Below, piece after piece: positions 1-8,164 of a DNA stretch of 55,572 bases. The stretch's first letter is position 1, and every line of letters starts with the position of its first letter. The translations under genes were made by a program, and so were the position numbers. The DNA lies in the IMG/VR virus record IMGVR_UViG_3300026320_000006, positions 1-55,572 of that record; one strand, written 5' to 3'. The notes under the pieces were generated by a model. The model ran no database searches. It worked only from the letters and a program-made list of their open reading frames with translations, and was not told the DNA's origin. This DNA comes from a virus (Duplodnaviria; Caudoviricetes).

Positions 1-578
1 GACTGAGGAGAATACGCGCTTTCTTTTCAGCTTGAGCTTGAGCCCAATCGAGTGGCAAGTAGTCAGACCAGACCTGTGCTTGAGAACCAGGAAACAATTT
101 AGCCAAAACACGATAATTGCCTGATCCACTCTCATCTGGCGTGAGTGCAATACGATCTCCACTATCAAGCTCCAACACGAATTTTCCATCCGGTTTCGCT
201 TGCCAGGTCAGTTTGGCTAGCAGGTTCAATTCAACGTCTTTGTTACGCTGCTCTTTCAGCTTGCGCACAACCGAGCTCTCTGTTTTGTTGCCGATCTCTT
301 CTTTTTCACGCTCAAGCGCTTCAAGTAAACTTTCTTCTGGGTTGAGCTTTTTTCCGAGTACCTTGCTTAAGCTCAATGGCTCTAAACGGTGCTTGAAACA
401 GTTGTCAGTGATGTCCAGGATGATACAATCTTTTTTGTCGGGCGCTAATCTTAGCCCGCGACCAATCGCCTGGATAAACAGCGCTCTGGATTGTGTTGGC
501 CGCGCCATGATAATGCAATCGCACAAAGGTTCATCCCAACCCTCTGAAAGCACATTGACGGTCGTCAGGACGCGGATA
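1..578. repeat. Terminal direct repeat, left copy (circular overlap, divergent allele)
   Basis: Aligns without gaps to 54995-55572; first 127 bp identical, about 32 substitutions by hand count over 128-533. Confidence 0.95.
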
Positions 579-1450
579 GAACCGTCTCTGAACGCTTTGT
601 AGATATATTTACGCGCTTCAAGTGAAGTGTCACCTACGACGACAGCAGAGGGAATACCGGTCTCTTTGAATGCTGCTGTCAGATGTTCTGCATGCTCAAC
701 GGTGACTGCAAAACAGGCAGCTCTTCGACCTGAAGCGTACTGCTGATATTTCTGGACAATCAGCCTGTTCCTTGCAGGGGTATCAACAGCCGCTTCCAAC
801 TCGTCAACCTTGAAATCTCCGGCCTGTGTATGCAAATCGTCCAGGTTGATATCGGTCTGTATGGGGATTGCCCGCATGTCAGTAAGATAGGGCGGATTAT
901 GTGTTGCCAGATCGATGATACTGGCTTCGAACAATGGCGTTTTGCCGTCCAGCAGCGGCTTACCATCCAGACGATCCGGGGTAGCTGTGACCATCAACAC
1001 AAACGCATCTGGAAGCGTTTCTAGCACGTCCTGATAGCTTTGAGCCATGCTATGATGTGCCTCATCGATGATCAGCAACAAGCCCTTTCCAGTGCCGTAC
1101 AGGGCTCTTAGTTGCTTCAGATGGTTTGGCCGGGCAATCGTCATAATTCCCGCTACAGTGACCTCACCCCCATACTGATATTGCCCTGAGCCGACTTTGC
1201 CAATCACTGCATCGGGTTTGACCATGCGGTATTTGTCAGCAGCTTGATCCAGCAATTCGTCTCGATGCGCCACAACCATAGCGTTGGTATCATGTTTTTC
1301 AGCAAGCCGGTGGATCACCTGCGAGAAGATAACTGTTTTTCCGGCTGAACAGGGAAGTACAAGCAGTTCACTTCCAGCATTGTTTTGCTCGTACGATGCC
1401 AGAATACGCTCGATGCTGATTTGCTGATACTCCCTCAATACAAATTCCAT
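1..1450 (-). CDS. SF2 DEAH-box helicase (SSL2/RadD-like), N-terminal part; continues across the circular junction to 54786
   Basis: Hand translation from ATG 1450: LREYQ, LPCSAGKT (motif I), IIDEAHH, TATP, LSEGWD, QAIGRGLR; absent from the ORF track because it runs off the end. Confidence 0.92.
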   Translation of the reverse strand, partial: MEFVLREYQQISIERILASYEQNNAGSELLVLPCSAGKTVIFSQVIHRLAEKHDTNAMVVAHRDELLDQAADKYRMVKPDAVIGKVGSGQYQYGGEVTVAGIMTIARPNHLKQLRALYGTGKGLLLIIDEAHHSMAQSYQDVLETLPDAFVLMVTATPDRLDGKPLLDGKTPLFEASIIDLATHNPPYLTDMRAIPIQTDINLDDLHTQAGDFKVDELEAAVDTPARNRLIVQKYQQYASGRRAACFAVTVEHAEHLTAAFKETGIPSAVVVGDTSLEARKYIYKAFRDGSIRVLTTVNVLSEGWDEPLCDCIIMARPTQSRALFIQAIGRGLRLAPDKKDCIILDITDNCFKHRLEPLSLSKVLGKKLNPEESLLEALEREKEEIGNKTESSVVRKLKEQRNKDVELNLLAKLTWQAKPDGKFVLELDSGDRIALTPDESGSGNYRVLAKLFPGSQAQVWSDYLPLDWAQAQAEKKARILLS

Positions 1451-1468
1451 TGCCTCTATCCCCCAATG

Positions 1469-1696
1469 TTATTCTTCAATCATTTGCTCCCGATAGGCTG
1501 CATATTCATCAAGCGCATCTTGCTTGACACGATACGGGCCTGTATTGCCATTGGTCCGAAATGCCTTGAGCTTCCCCTGTCTGATTTTTCGTATGACGGT
1601 CATGCGATGCACTTGCAGTATTCGCGCTACATCACCAACGGTGTAAATGATTTCTTGCGGAGGTTGCTCCATAATACCTGTTCCTCCTTGTTGCAT
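1469..1696 (-). CDS. Excisionase-like / MerR-type HTH_17 DNA-binding protein
   Basis: YTVGDVARILQVHRMTVIRKIRQGKLKAFR; AAGGAG RBS before ATG 1696. Confidence 0.8.
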   Translation of the reverse strand: MQQGGTGIMEQPPQEIIYTVGDVARILQVHRMTVIRKIRQGKLKAFRTNGNTGPYRVKQDALDEYAAYREQMIEE

Positions 1697-1734
1697 AATT
1701 GCTCCTTTCCAACCAATAAGTACTCCTGTGATGT

Positions 1735-1817
1735 AGTATAGCATTGTCATGAAAAGTTGTCAAATCATTTGGTATGTTCTCAAAAGTATTGACAAGTTTT
1801 GAAAAAAGGTCTATACT
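1735..1817. promoter_or_regulatory. Divergent sigma70 promoter pair, copy 1
   Basis: TTGACA-N17-TATACT on both strands (rightward 1789-1817, leftward 1763-1735). Confidence 0.85.
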
Positions 1818-1870
1818 GGGGACAGGTTATTGATACCAATTTGATTTGAAGAAAGGAAACAAACTAACAC

Positions 1871-2617
1871 ATGGCAACCATTTTGAATGAAGCCAGCAAT
1901 TTGGCTGGTAACGGATTTGGAGAACGTACACGTACTGTGCGACTCGCTGAAAACTACCACAACGGCGTGTATGAACTCCTGGCACGTGTTTCTGACAGCC
2001 AGGTCGTTTTTAGCAAGCTTGACGACACTGAAGACTCCTACGATGAAGACGGCAATCCCATCCGGCATCCCAGCAAGAATTATTCGCTGAACGCAACTGA
2101 AGCTGATGCTTTCGTGGAAGCCTGGACAGCATATAAAGCCGATCGGGCAGCTGCGCTAGAAGCTGAAGAGCAGCGCAAAGCGGGGGTACTTGCGAAAGCC
2201 CAAGAGCTAGCTACTGAGCTCGGTCTGGAGATCACCGCAGACGAAAATGACATGTACGAGGACAATCAGCGCTTCACGCTCAGGCATACCACACACTATA
2301 TCAATCGTTCCTACGCCTACAGCATCGATGGCCTACTTGAAATCGTCAAAGAATTCCAGACAGCACTGGAAGATGAACACAAAGCGATTGAAGAAGCGCG
2401 CGCTACTGCCAACAAGATCACGGAACTATGCGGCGATGTTGTTCACATCACCTCGAAAAAGCCTGCTGACGGGCGCTACAGCCTGAAGATTGACGGACAA
2501 TTCAGCCATTGGAATATCGAGCAGGTACACGCTAGCGTCATCCTGGATCGCTTGCAAACCATCCTGCGCGACCTGGAGCGCGACGCAAAAGCGCAAACAG
2601 AAAGCGCTGTTTCATAA
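1871..2617 (+). CDS. Hypothetical early protein (acidic, helical)
   Basis: 248 aa ORF with GAAAGGA RBS directly behind a consensus promoter. Confidence 0.75.
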   Translation: MATILNEASNLAGNGFGERTRTVRLAENYHNGVYELLARVSDSQVVFSKLDDTEDSYDEDGNPIRHPSKNYSLNATEADAFVEAWTAYKADRAAALEAEEQRKAGVLAKAQELATELGLEITADENDMYEDNQRFTLRHTTHYINRSYAYSIDGLLEIVKEFQTALEDEHKAIEEARATANKITELCGDVVHITSKKPADGRYSLKIDGQFSHWNIEQVHASVILDRLQTILRDLERDAKAQTESAVS

Positions 2618-2846
2618 CATACTTTTTCTGATTGGAGGTGATGCCGTCATAGGTTCGACGTTGGGCACGCGAACAATAGAATAGGGAAGATATTCTTACA
2701 CGATAGACCAAAGCTCTTAGGCGAAATTTCTGCAATTGACACATTTCACGTCGGAATGCAGTCAAGAAAAGTGGAAATGTTCAATCACCTGGGAGCTTTT
2801 GCGCGTGTATGGTAGAATAGAAAGAAAGTTCAGAGTAGGGGAATAT

Positions 2847-3110
2847 ATGAAATTTAATTTTCAAGACACGCAAATACTCATGCATTCCAAATTTCTTACT
2901 GAGGATGGACGCCCGGTTTCTGTTCAAAGTGCCAGTAAAGCTGATTTCAAAGCATTTCTTCAACCGGCAATGGAAGATGTAAAAGAAGAGCAATTAGAAC
3001 AGTCAAAACGTGCTGAGACTCTTTTTCAAGCCATTCAGCAAGGAACCATACGTTATACGCATATCCGAACGCTATCAGGATTTGAAGAAGATACACTACA
3101 TAGAATCTAA
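2847..3110 (+). CDS. Hypothetical protein
   Basis: ATG with AGGGG RBS, upstream TGGTAGAAT; abuts terS. Confidence 0.55.
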   Translation: MKFNFQDTQILMHSKFLTEDGRPVSVQSASKADFKAFLQPAMEDVKEEQLEQSKRAETLFQAIQQGTIRYTHIRTLSGFEEDTLHRI

Positions 3111-3119
3111 AGGAAAAGT

Positions 3120-3602
3120 ATGTCAACCGTTGACTGGCAATCCATCAGAGCGGAATGGGAACTCGGTATTTCAGAACGCACCCTTGCGACAAAATATAGT
3201 GTACCAAAAACAACGCTTCACGATCGCGCTAAAGCTGAAAAATGGATACGCATGTTACCGACCGGTTTCCGACCGGACCCCCCGACCACTAAAGCAGTGG
3301 TCGACACTCCAATGAGTACCGTCAATACAGCCAGGCTTTTACATGAAGTCATTCACAGGCTGGCACAAAACGACATTATCGACGAAAGAATGGTAAAACT
3401 GCTGGCTGATGCATTGTCCCAGGTCCACAAAATTCAAATGACCGCAGTGATTGATCCAGAAACATCACCGTATGACCTGCGTGATCTGCTCAGCTATTGT
3501 ACCGAGGAAGAACGCGCTATTATCAAACCCATCTTTACCGCAGCTACAGCACGCAAACAAGAAGAGCAAGAGAAACTAAAACCAATGAGGAAAATAGGCT
3601 AA
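3120..3602 (+). CDS. terS: Terminase small subunit-like protein
   Basis: N-terminal DWQSIRAEWELGISERTLATKYSVPKTTLHDRAKAEKW fits the TerS HTH pattern (DW..I..E...G.S.R.LA.KY......RA..E.W). Confidence 0.7.
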   Translation: MSTVDWQSIRAEWELGISERTLATKYSVPKTTLHDRAKAEKWIRMLPTGFRPDPPTTKAVVDTPMSTVNTARLLHEVIHRLAQNDIIDERMVKLLADALSQVHKIQMTAVIDPETSPYDLRDLLSYCTEEERAIIKPIFTAATARKQEEQEKLKPMRKIG

Positions 3603-3610
3603 CCGGCTCC

Positions 3611-3805
3611 TCATACACACAAAACACCTCTGGCGCATGGAGAACAAGCCAGAGGTGTTTTGCTTTGAAACATGGTGCATTCCGCTCGCAGTACGACAAA
3701 CTGTAAACGTTGGAAGCTAATTGGCTTCCTGCTCAGAGTATAACATATCGACAACCGGATATGGTATACTGTGCTTGTTGGGAATTGCGTGAACGCTGTG
3801 TTCAT
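3611..3805 (-). CDS. Possible small protein (64 aa)
   Basis: AAGGAG 9 nt before ATG 3805; runs through the terminator hairpin; no recognisable motif. Confidence 0.3.
   Translation of the reverse strand: MNTAFTQFPTSTVYHIRLSICYTLSRKPISFQRLQFVVLRAECTMFQSKTPLACSPCARGVLCV
3620..3662. terminator. Hairpin terminator after terS
   Basis: CAAAACACCTCTGGC / GCCAGAGGTGTTTTG perfect 15-bp arms. Confidence 0.75.
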
Positions 3806-3833
3806 TTGATACGACTCCTTAAGAAGACGCGCC

Positions 3834-3877
3834 ACCTCGCAGGCGTCTCAAAACAATTCTGCGAGGTTTTTCTTTTT
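3834..3877 (+). terminator. Intrinsic terminator
   Basis: ACCTCGCAG...CTGCGAGGT followed by TTTTCTTTTT. Confidence 0.65.
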
Positions 3878-4014
3878 GCCTTGCAGGGGGATCAAGACGG
3901 TACACAATAGGAAAGTAGGATAGCTGTACAAAGCTTTGTACATGTGATAAAATAAGGATAGACAACAAACGGTTGTCTTTGTACAACTCTCTATCCGAAA
4001 GGAAGTCTATCCTT

Positions 4015-4341
4015 ATGGACACTGTATCACTTGATGGTCTGCAAGCGCAAATTGACGATCTACAAAAGCGAGTTGAAGCACTGGAACAGAAGCGTGGCCC
4101 ACGCGCAACCTTGCCACCGCTTTCACCTGATCAAAAACAAAAAGCCATTGCTCAAATATTGCCACTTCTGATAAAACTGGCAGATGCGGATGAATGGGTA
4201 ACCACTCGCTATATCTCCCACAAAACAGCACTCCTCCGGCGATTAGGAACAAAACAAGTTCGCGCTTATCTGGATGAGCGACCAAACCTTTTCTTAAAAC
4301 GAGGAGATGGAGCATCGGCTGAGTATCAGATAAAACTGTAG
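4015..4341 (+). CDS. Coiled-coil plus winged-helix protein, paralog of the C-terminal domain of the 43733-45424 replication protein
   Basis: AQILPLLIKLADADEWVTTRYISHKTALLRRLGTKQVRAYLDE aligns with AQILNVLTKLEAGTHVTARFVSHQTAKLRKLGAPEVRKILDD; GAAAGGA RBS. Confidence 0.8.
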   Translation: MDTVSLDGLQAQIDDLQKRVEALEQKRGPRATLPPLSPDQKQKAIAQILPLLIKLADADEWVTTRYISHKTALLRRLGTKQVRAYLDERPNLFLKRGDGASAEYQIKL

Positions 4342-4356
4342 TTCGTTTCCTGGCAG

Positions 4357-4384
4357 GGGCTGATGAAACATTTCAGCCCTTTTT
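4357..4384 (+). terminator. Intrinsic terminator
   Basis: GGGCTGA-loop-TCAGCCC-TTTTT. Confidence 0.75.
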
Positions 4385-4770
4385 CTATGACAAAATTGTC
4401 CATAGTTTTATCCCTATGATGGATATTTTAGAAACTATCTTAAATCAGCCCTACAGGGGGATGCATGAGGATGCTTGTACATTTTGTACATTTTTATGGT
4501 CATATACCATTATGTACATAATAATAATAATTATGCATGATATGATGGACAAAACTATATAAACTCATCTATATTTTATGATAGTATGTACAAAAATGTA
4601 CTGTACATTAGTCTCTAGTTTTGTACATCATTCTGAGCATAAAATAAACACAAAAGTACATATACCCTTTTGTACAGGGACAAAATGTACAGGCACCCCC
4701 TGCAAGGGCTTTATACCTTACCTGATATCGTATACATGTTTTGTCCATCTATGGGCATCATGGACAAGAC
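4385..4770. repeat. AT-rich iteron-like array (TGTACA / TGTCCA / TGGACA)
   Basis: TGTACA at 4476, 4485, 4513, 4587, 4602, 4622, 4671, 4686; TGTCCA/TGGACA at about 4397, 4546, 4742, 4761; central ATAATAATAATAATT. Confidence 0.8.
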
Positions 4771-4779
4771 CTTATTTTT

Positions 4780-4860
4780 ATCCTGTTCCCGCTACTTCCC
4801 CGGGCGGCGTAGCTCAGTCGGTACGTCATAGAATGGTACTATCATGGCACGTCAACACCA
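4780..4860 (+). pseudogene. tRNA cluster remnant: fMet-like 3' end followed by the 5' part of a second (Met-like) tRNA
   Basis: ATCCTGTTCCCGCTAC (4780-4795) resembles an initiator tRNA 3' end; GGCGGCGTAGCTCAGTCGGTA (4803-4823) is an acceptor plus D-arm start; decayed remainder ends ACCA. Confidence 0.55.
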
Positions 4861-4863
4861 CAA

Positions 4864-4894
4864 GGGGCGGTGGCGAAATGGTAGACGCAGGAGA
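4864..4894 (+). pseudogene. 5' half of tRNA-Leu
   Basis: GGGGCGG-TG-GCGAAATGGTAGACGC-A-GGAGA = acceptor, Leu-type D arm and 5' anticodon stem. Confidence 0.85.
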
Positions 4895-5054
4895 TCTGAA
4901 CAGAACCGAGTTCTATTTGCGGATTGTCAACTATCTTATTTAATCTCAGTATGGTACACTTCCTCTCAGAACCAAAGATGACAAGGTTGCAACCCAAGGA
5001 TTTTCAAGATTTCTTCTAGAAGCCCAGCAGTATAAACTGGCTTGAGAAGAGAAG

Positions 5055-5111
5055 TAGGGCGGGAGGGAATCGAACCCTCACGGACTCACCGTCCCGGAGA
5101 TTTTAAGTCTC
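5055..5111 (-). other. 3' half of tRNA-Leu(UAA); probable attP core
   Basis: Minus strand GAGA-CTTAAAA-TCTCC, variable arm GGAC/GTCC, GAGGG-TTCGATT-CCCTC, CCGCCCT-A; 73 bp upstream of the integrase. Confidence 0.88.
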
Positions 5112-5184
5112 AAGATCTCGTCAATTGGCTTGCCACCTTGTTCTGCAATGTTCTGCAATGGTATAGAAACGAGGTCAGTTTTTC

Positions 5185-6111
5185 ATGCAGGTCAGCGAGG
5201 CTATTGAAGATTTCCGGTTTTCCATTTTGCACCTGGCGCCTGGTACTCAGCAGTGGTATTTGTGGCGCTTAGAAGCGTTTGCTTCCTGGTGTTCCTCGCA
5301 AGGGATAGAGCTTGAACAGCTTAAGCGAAAAATGCTGGCAACGTATCTGGACCAACTTCGGTCAACACCCAGCAAGACAACCGGGAAACCGCTCTCATCC
5401 CATACAGTTCACGGCCATGCCAGGGCAATTAGGGCATTCCTGAACTTCTGTGCTAAGGATGATGATCTGCAGCGCGAATTGTCCTCGTTGCCAACAAACA
5501 AAGTACCGATGCCTCGCCTGGAAAAGAAGCTGATCAAAACATTGACTCAGGAACAAATCCAGGCCATGTTTGCAGCATGTGACAAAGAATATCTTCCTCA
5601 CCTGGTTGTGCGCGATCGCGCTATTTTGTCTTTACTCCTGGACACCGGTATTCGTGCTAGTGAACTCTGCAACCTCACGCTTGATTGTGTCTTTCTGAAG
5701 CATGACTCTCATATTCGGGTCCATGGGAAAGGCGACAAATGGCGCGAAGTCAGCCTGGGTATAGAATCGAGCAAGGCATTGCACCGCTATATTTCCCGGT
5801 ATCGTCCTGCGTCCACAGAAGAAAAGCACGTGTTCATCGGTCGGTTTCACGAACCGATGCGGTTCGATGGATTAAAGCAGCTGTTGTACCGGCTCAGGGA
5901 TTTTGCCGGATTAGATCACAATGTGCGCGTCAATGCGCATGTGTGGCGGCATACATTCGCGATGAACTACTTGAGACAGGGCGGTGATATTTACGCTTTA
6001 AGCAGGTTGATGGGGCATGAAAGTATTCATGTAACTCAGATGTATGCACAAGCACTCAAATCTGAGCAGGCACGCAAGATTAGCGGGAGTGTCTTAGATC
6101 GGATGTTTTGA
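5185..6111 (+). CDS. int: Tyrosine recombinase / integrase (XerC/D-like, no obvious arm-binding domain)
   Basis: DTGIRASEL, HGKG, HVWRH, LMGH, TQMY catalytic motifs. Confidence 0.95.
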   Translation: MQVSEAIEDFRFSILHLAPGTQQWYLWRLEAFASWCSSQGIELEQLKRKMLATYLDQLRSTPSKTTGKPLSSHTVHGHARAIRAFLNFCAKDDDLQRELSSLPTNKVPMPRLEKKLIKTLTQEQIQAMFAACDKEYLPHLVVRDRAILSLLLDTGIRASELCNLTLDCVFLKHDSHIRVHGKGDKWREVSLGIESSKALHRYISRYRPASTEEKHVFIGRFHEPMRFDGLKQLLYRLRDFAGLDHNVRVNAHVWRHTFAMNYLRQGGDIYALSRLMGHESIHVTQMYAQALKSEQARKISGSVLDRMF

Positions 6112-6162
6112 TATGCCCCCTGCAAGGGTCTGTAAACCATAGGTTTGAAAGGAGGTGAAACA

Positions 6163-6297
6163 GTGAACCAGGAAGATAGGGAAAAGAAAGAGGACAAAGA
6201 CGAAAAACAAGAGGAAAACGAGAGCGACAAACACCCAGGTGAGTACTATTGTGGTATTTGTGGTCGCATGATGCCTATCTCGCATTTTCCGCATTGA
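6163..6297 (+). CDS. 44-aa microprotein with charged N-terminus and CxxC..HxxH end
   Basis: AAGGAGGTGA RBS, GTG start, MNQEDREKKEDKDEKQEENESDKHPGEYYCGICGRMMPISHFPH; not in ORF track. Confidence 0.6.
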   Translation: MNQEDREKKEDKDEKQEENESDKHPGEYYCGICGRMMPISHFPH

Positions 6298-6393
6298 TTA
6301 GTTTGTAGCGCGTCATCGTTGGAAAGAGGGCAACGCTCGTCAAAGCCTGCCCTCCAGTCCCTGGTAGTTAGTCAGAGACATAGGGATTATCCC

Positions 6394-7902
6394 ATGTCGC
6401 TTGAAAGGGCGCAATATGCCATGGTGTTTCTTATCGTCTTCTTGTGCATGCTGATCTTTATTGCTATCGTGTCTATCTGGTATGATGTGCGTCTGTATCG
6501 TGCGCGAAGAATGTTACGCAAGCGAGAACTGGAAGAAGCGCGCCAGTATTCCCTGGTCATTCGTGCTAAAGTGGAAGAGGATCGGCACTATGAGCTTGAG
6601 TTGCAGAAATTAGATCTCCAGCAACAAAAGATTGCTTTAGACCAGGATCGCTTTCGATTGGAAAGTTTCTTGTCGCTTACCCGAGTCGATACATCGCAAT
6701 ATGGAACGTATCTGGTGAACCAGGAACAAGTTCACCTAACCCAACTTGCGCCCATTCATAAGCCGTTTTCTGTAAAAGAGGAGCCTGCGCAAATAGCAGG
6801 GCTGGTTATTCAGCGTCCATCTCAAGACTTGCTGCTTTCCAGTTTAGAGCAAAACAAGTTTCTCGTTTCGCCGGGCGTGCAGTCTTCTACTGGTGAACCG
6901 GTGATAGTTGATCTGCTCAAAGTGCCACATCTCAAAATTATCGGCTCATCCGGTTTTGGTAAATCGTGTCTAGCTGCGGCTATCTTAGACCAGGCCACAA
7001 CGACAAATGATCCTAAACACATGCAACTTGCTTTGCTGGATCTGGAGCATAAAACCTCGCGATTGTTTGAAGATCGCCCGCATGTTGCTGAACTTCAAGA
7101 TGGTCGTCGCCGCGTTACCATGGTTGCTACGAATGCCGATGAGGTTGCAACGCATCTGAATATTCTCAAGAAAGAATTAGACCGGCGCGCTGCACAGAGC
7201 GAACGTGAACTCTACAAAAATCCGGTTTTGTTGATGTACGTGGAAGAGATGTTGAGTTTGCAATATGAAATCATCGATCCGAAACTGCTAGCAAAAATGT
7301 TTGCATCACTGAATATTCTCGCGGTGCGTGGTCGCAAATACGGCATGTTTTTGTTGGCTTGTATGCAGACAGACTACTCAACCGATGAACTGAAAGTCTC
7401 ACAAAAACAATTTCGGTATAGAGCAGCTGCCGCGATCGATGTGCCCGCAGCTCGGGCCGCAGGGTTTATGAATACTGACCTGATCAAAGAAAATTTTCAG
7501 AATGGCAAGCCAGGTCAGTTTGTGGTTGAATATCCATCCTTTTCGAATATTGTGTTGGCTCCTCAGTACGACGTGCGGTCTCTCCTGAACGAAAAAGAGG
7601 GCATGGACGAGGGCTTTTCTGGCGATTTTGGGACCGCTGCAGGTGAGATCACAAGCCACGTGCAACTGGTGGACAGCCAGTCAACAACCATTGTGCAAAC
7701 TTCTGAGGATGATGCTGCAAAAGCCTGGGAAGCCAAAGCAGCGCAAGTATGTGAACTGCTTGCGCAAAATTGGGGAAAAATCAAGATTATTGAGCATGTT
7801 TGGCGACCAGTGAAAGCTGGAAGTAACAAACCCTATCGACAGGCAGAAAAAGAGTACGATCGCATTGTTGAACAATTGACAGCAGAGAAAAGTGAGAAGT
7901 AG
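6394..7902 (+). CDS. Membrane-anchored FtsK/SpoIIIE-family ATPase (TraB-like DNA translocase)
   Basis: N-terminal TM helix, coiled coil, PHLKIIGSSGFGKS (Walker A), LMYVEE (Walker B), RGRKYGMFLLACMQ, small C-terminal helical domain. Confidence 0.85.
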   Translation: MSLERAQYAMVFLIVFLCMLIFIAIVSIWYDVRLYRARRMLRKRELEEARQYSLVIRAKVEEDRHYELELQKLDLQQQKIALDQDRFRLESFLSLTRVDTSQYGTYLVNQEQVHLTQLAPIHKPFSVKEEPAQIAGLVIQRPSQDLLLSSLEQNKFLVSPGVQSSTGEPVIVDLLKVPHLKIIGSSGFGKSCLAAAILDQATTTNDPKHMQLALLDLEHKTSRLFEDRPHVAELQDGRRRVTMVATNADEVATHLNILKKELDRRAAQSERELYKNPVLLMYVEEMLSLQYEIIDPKLLAKMFASLNILAVRGRKYGMFLLACMQTDYSTDELKVSQKQFRYRAAAAIDVPAARAAGFMNTDLIKENFQNGKPGQFVVEYPSFSNIVLAPQYDVRSLLNEKEGMDEGFSGDFGTAAGEITSHVQLVDSQSTTIVQTSEDDAAKAWEAKAAQVCELLAQNWGKIKIIEHVWRPVKAGSNKPYRQAEKEYDRIVEQLTAEKSEK

Positions 7903-8157
7903 ATGCACATCTTTCGCGAGGAGCTAAAGACCACCAAAGCATCACGTAAGAAACTGACCCAGCGGCTGCGCGCGATGCGTCTGTTCATTTTCTGGCATTA
8001 CATTCTGCTTGCGCTTTCAGGTGTGAATGCTGCTTTTGTGCTGTTTGTTGCGTTGAATGTGGTGAATGTGCCTTATCGCGAGGTGATGTTTGTATTCTCG
8101 TGCGCTTCTTTCGGATTGTCGGCTTATCTGTTGTTTTCAGGATTATCAACAAAGTGA
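7903..8157 (+). CDS. Small two-TM membrane protein
   Basis: Basic N-terminus then two hydrophobic segments; starts immediately after the ATPase stop. Confidence 0.7.
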   Translation: MHIFREELKTTKASRKKLTQRLRAMRLFIFWHYILLALSGVNAAFVLFVALNVVNVPYREVMFVFSCASFGLSAYLLFSGLSTK

Positions 8158-8164
8158 GGTGTGT

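Noticed and set aside
1-578. Divergent repeat pair as a DGR template/variable repeat
   Set aside because: Differences are synonymous and not adenine-specific; no reverse transcriptase found in the genome
4385-4770. CRISPR array or mini-array
   Set aside because: Repeats are 6-9 bp with irregular spacing; no constant 25-45 bp repeat with spacers seen anywhere in the window
4803-5111. Intact tRNA genes
   Set aside because: No complete cloverleaf in the present orientation; only halves
4578-5272. ORFs 4578-4943 and 5042-5272
   Set aside because: They overlie iterons and tRNA halves, lack an RBS and protein motifs
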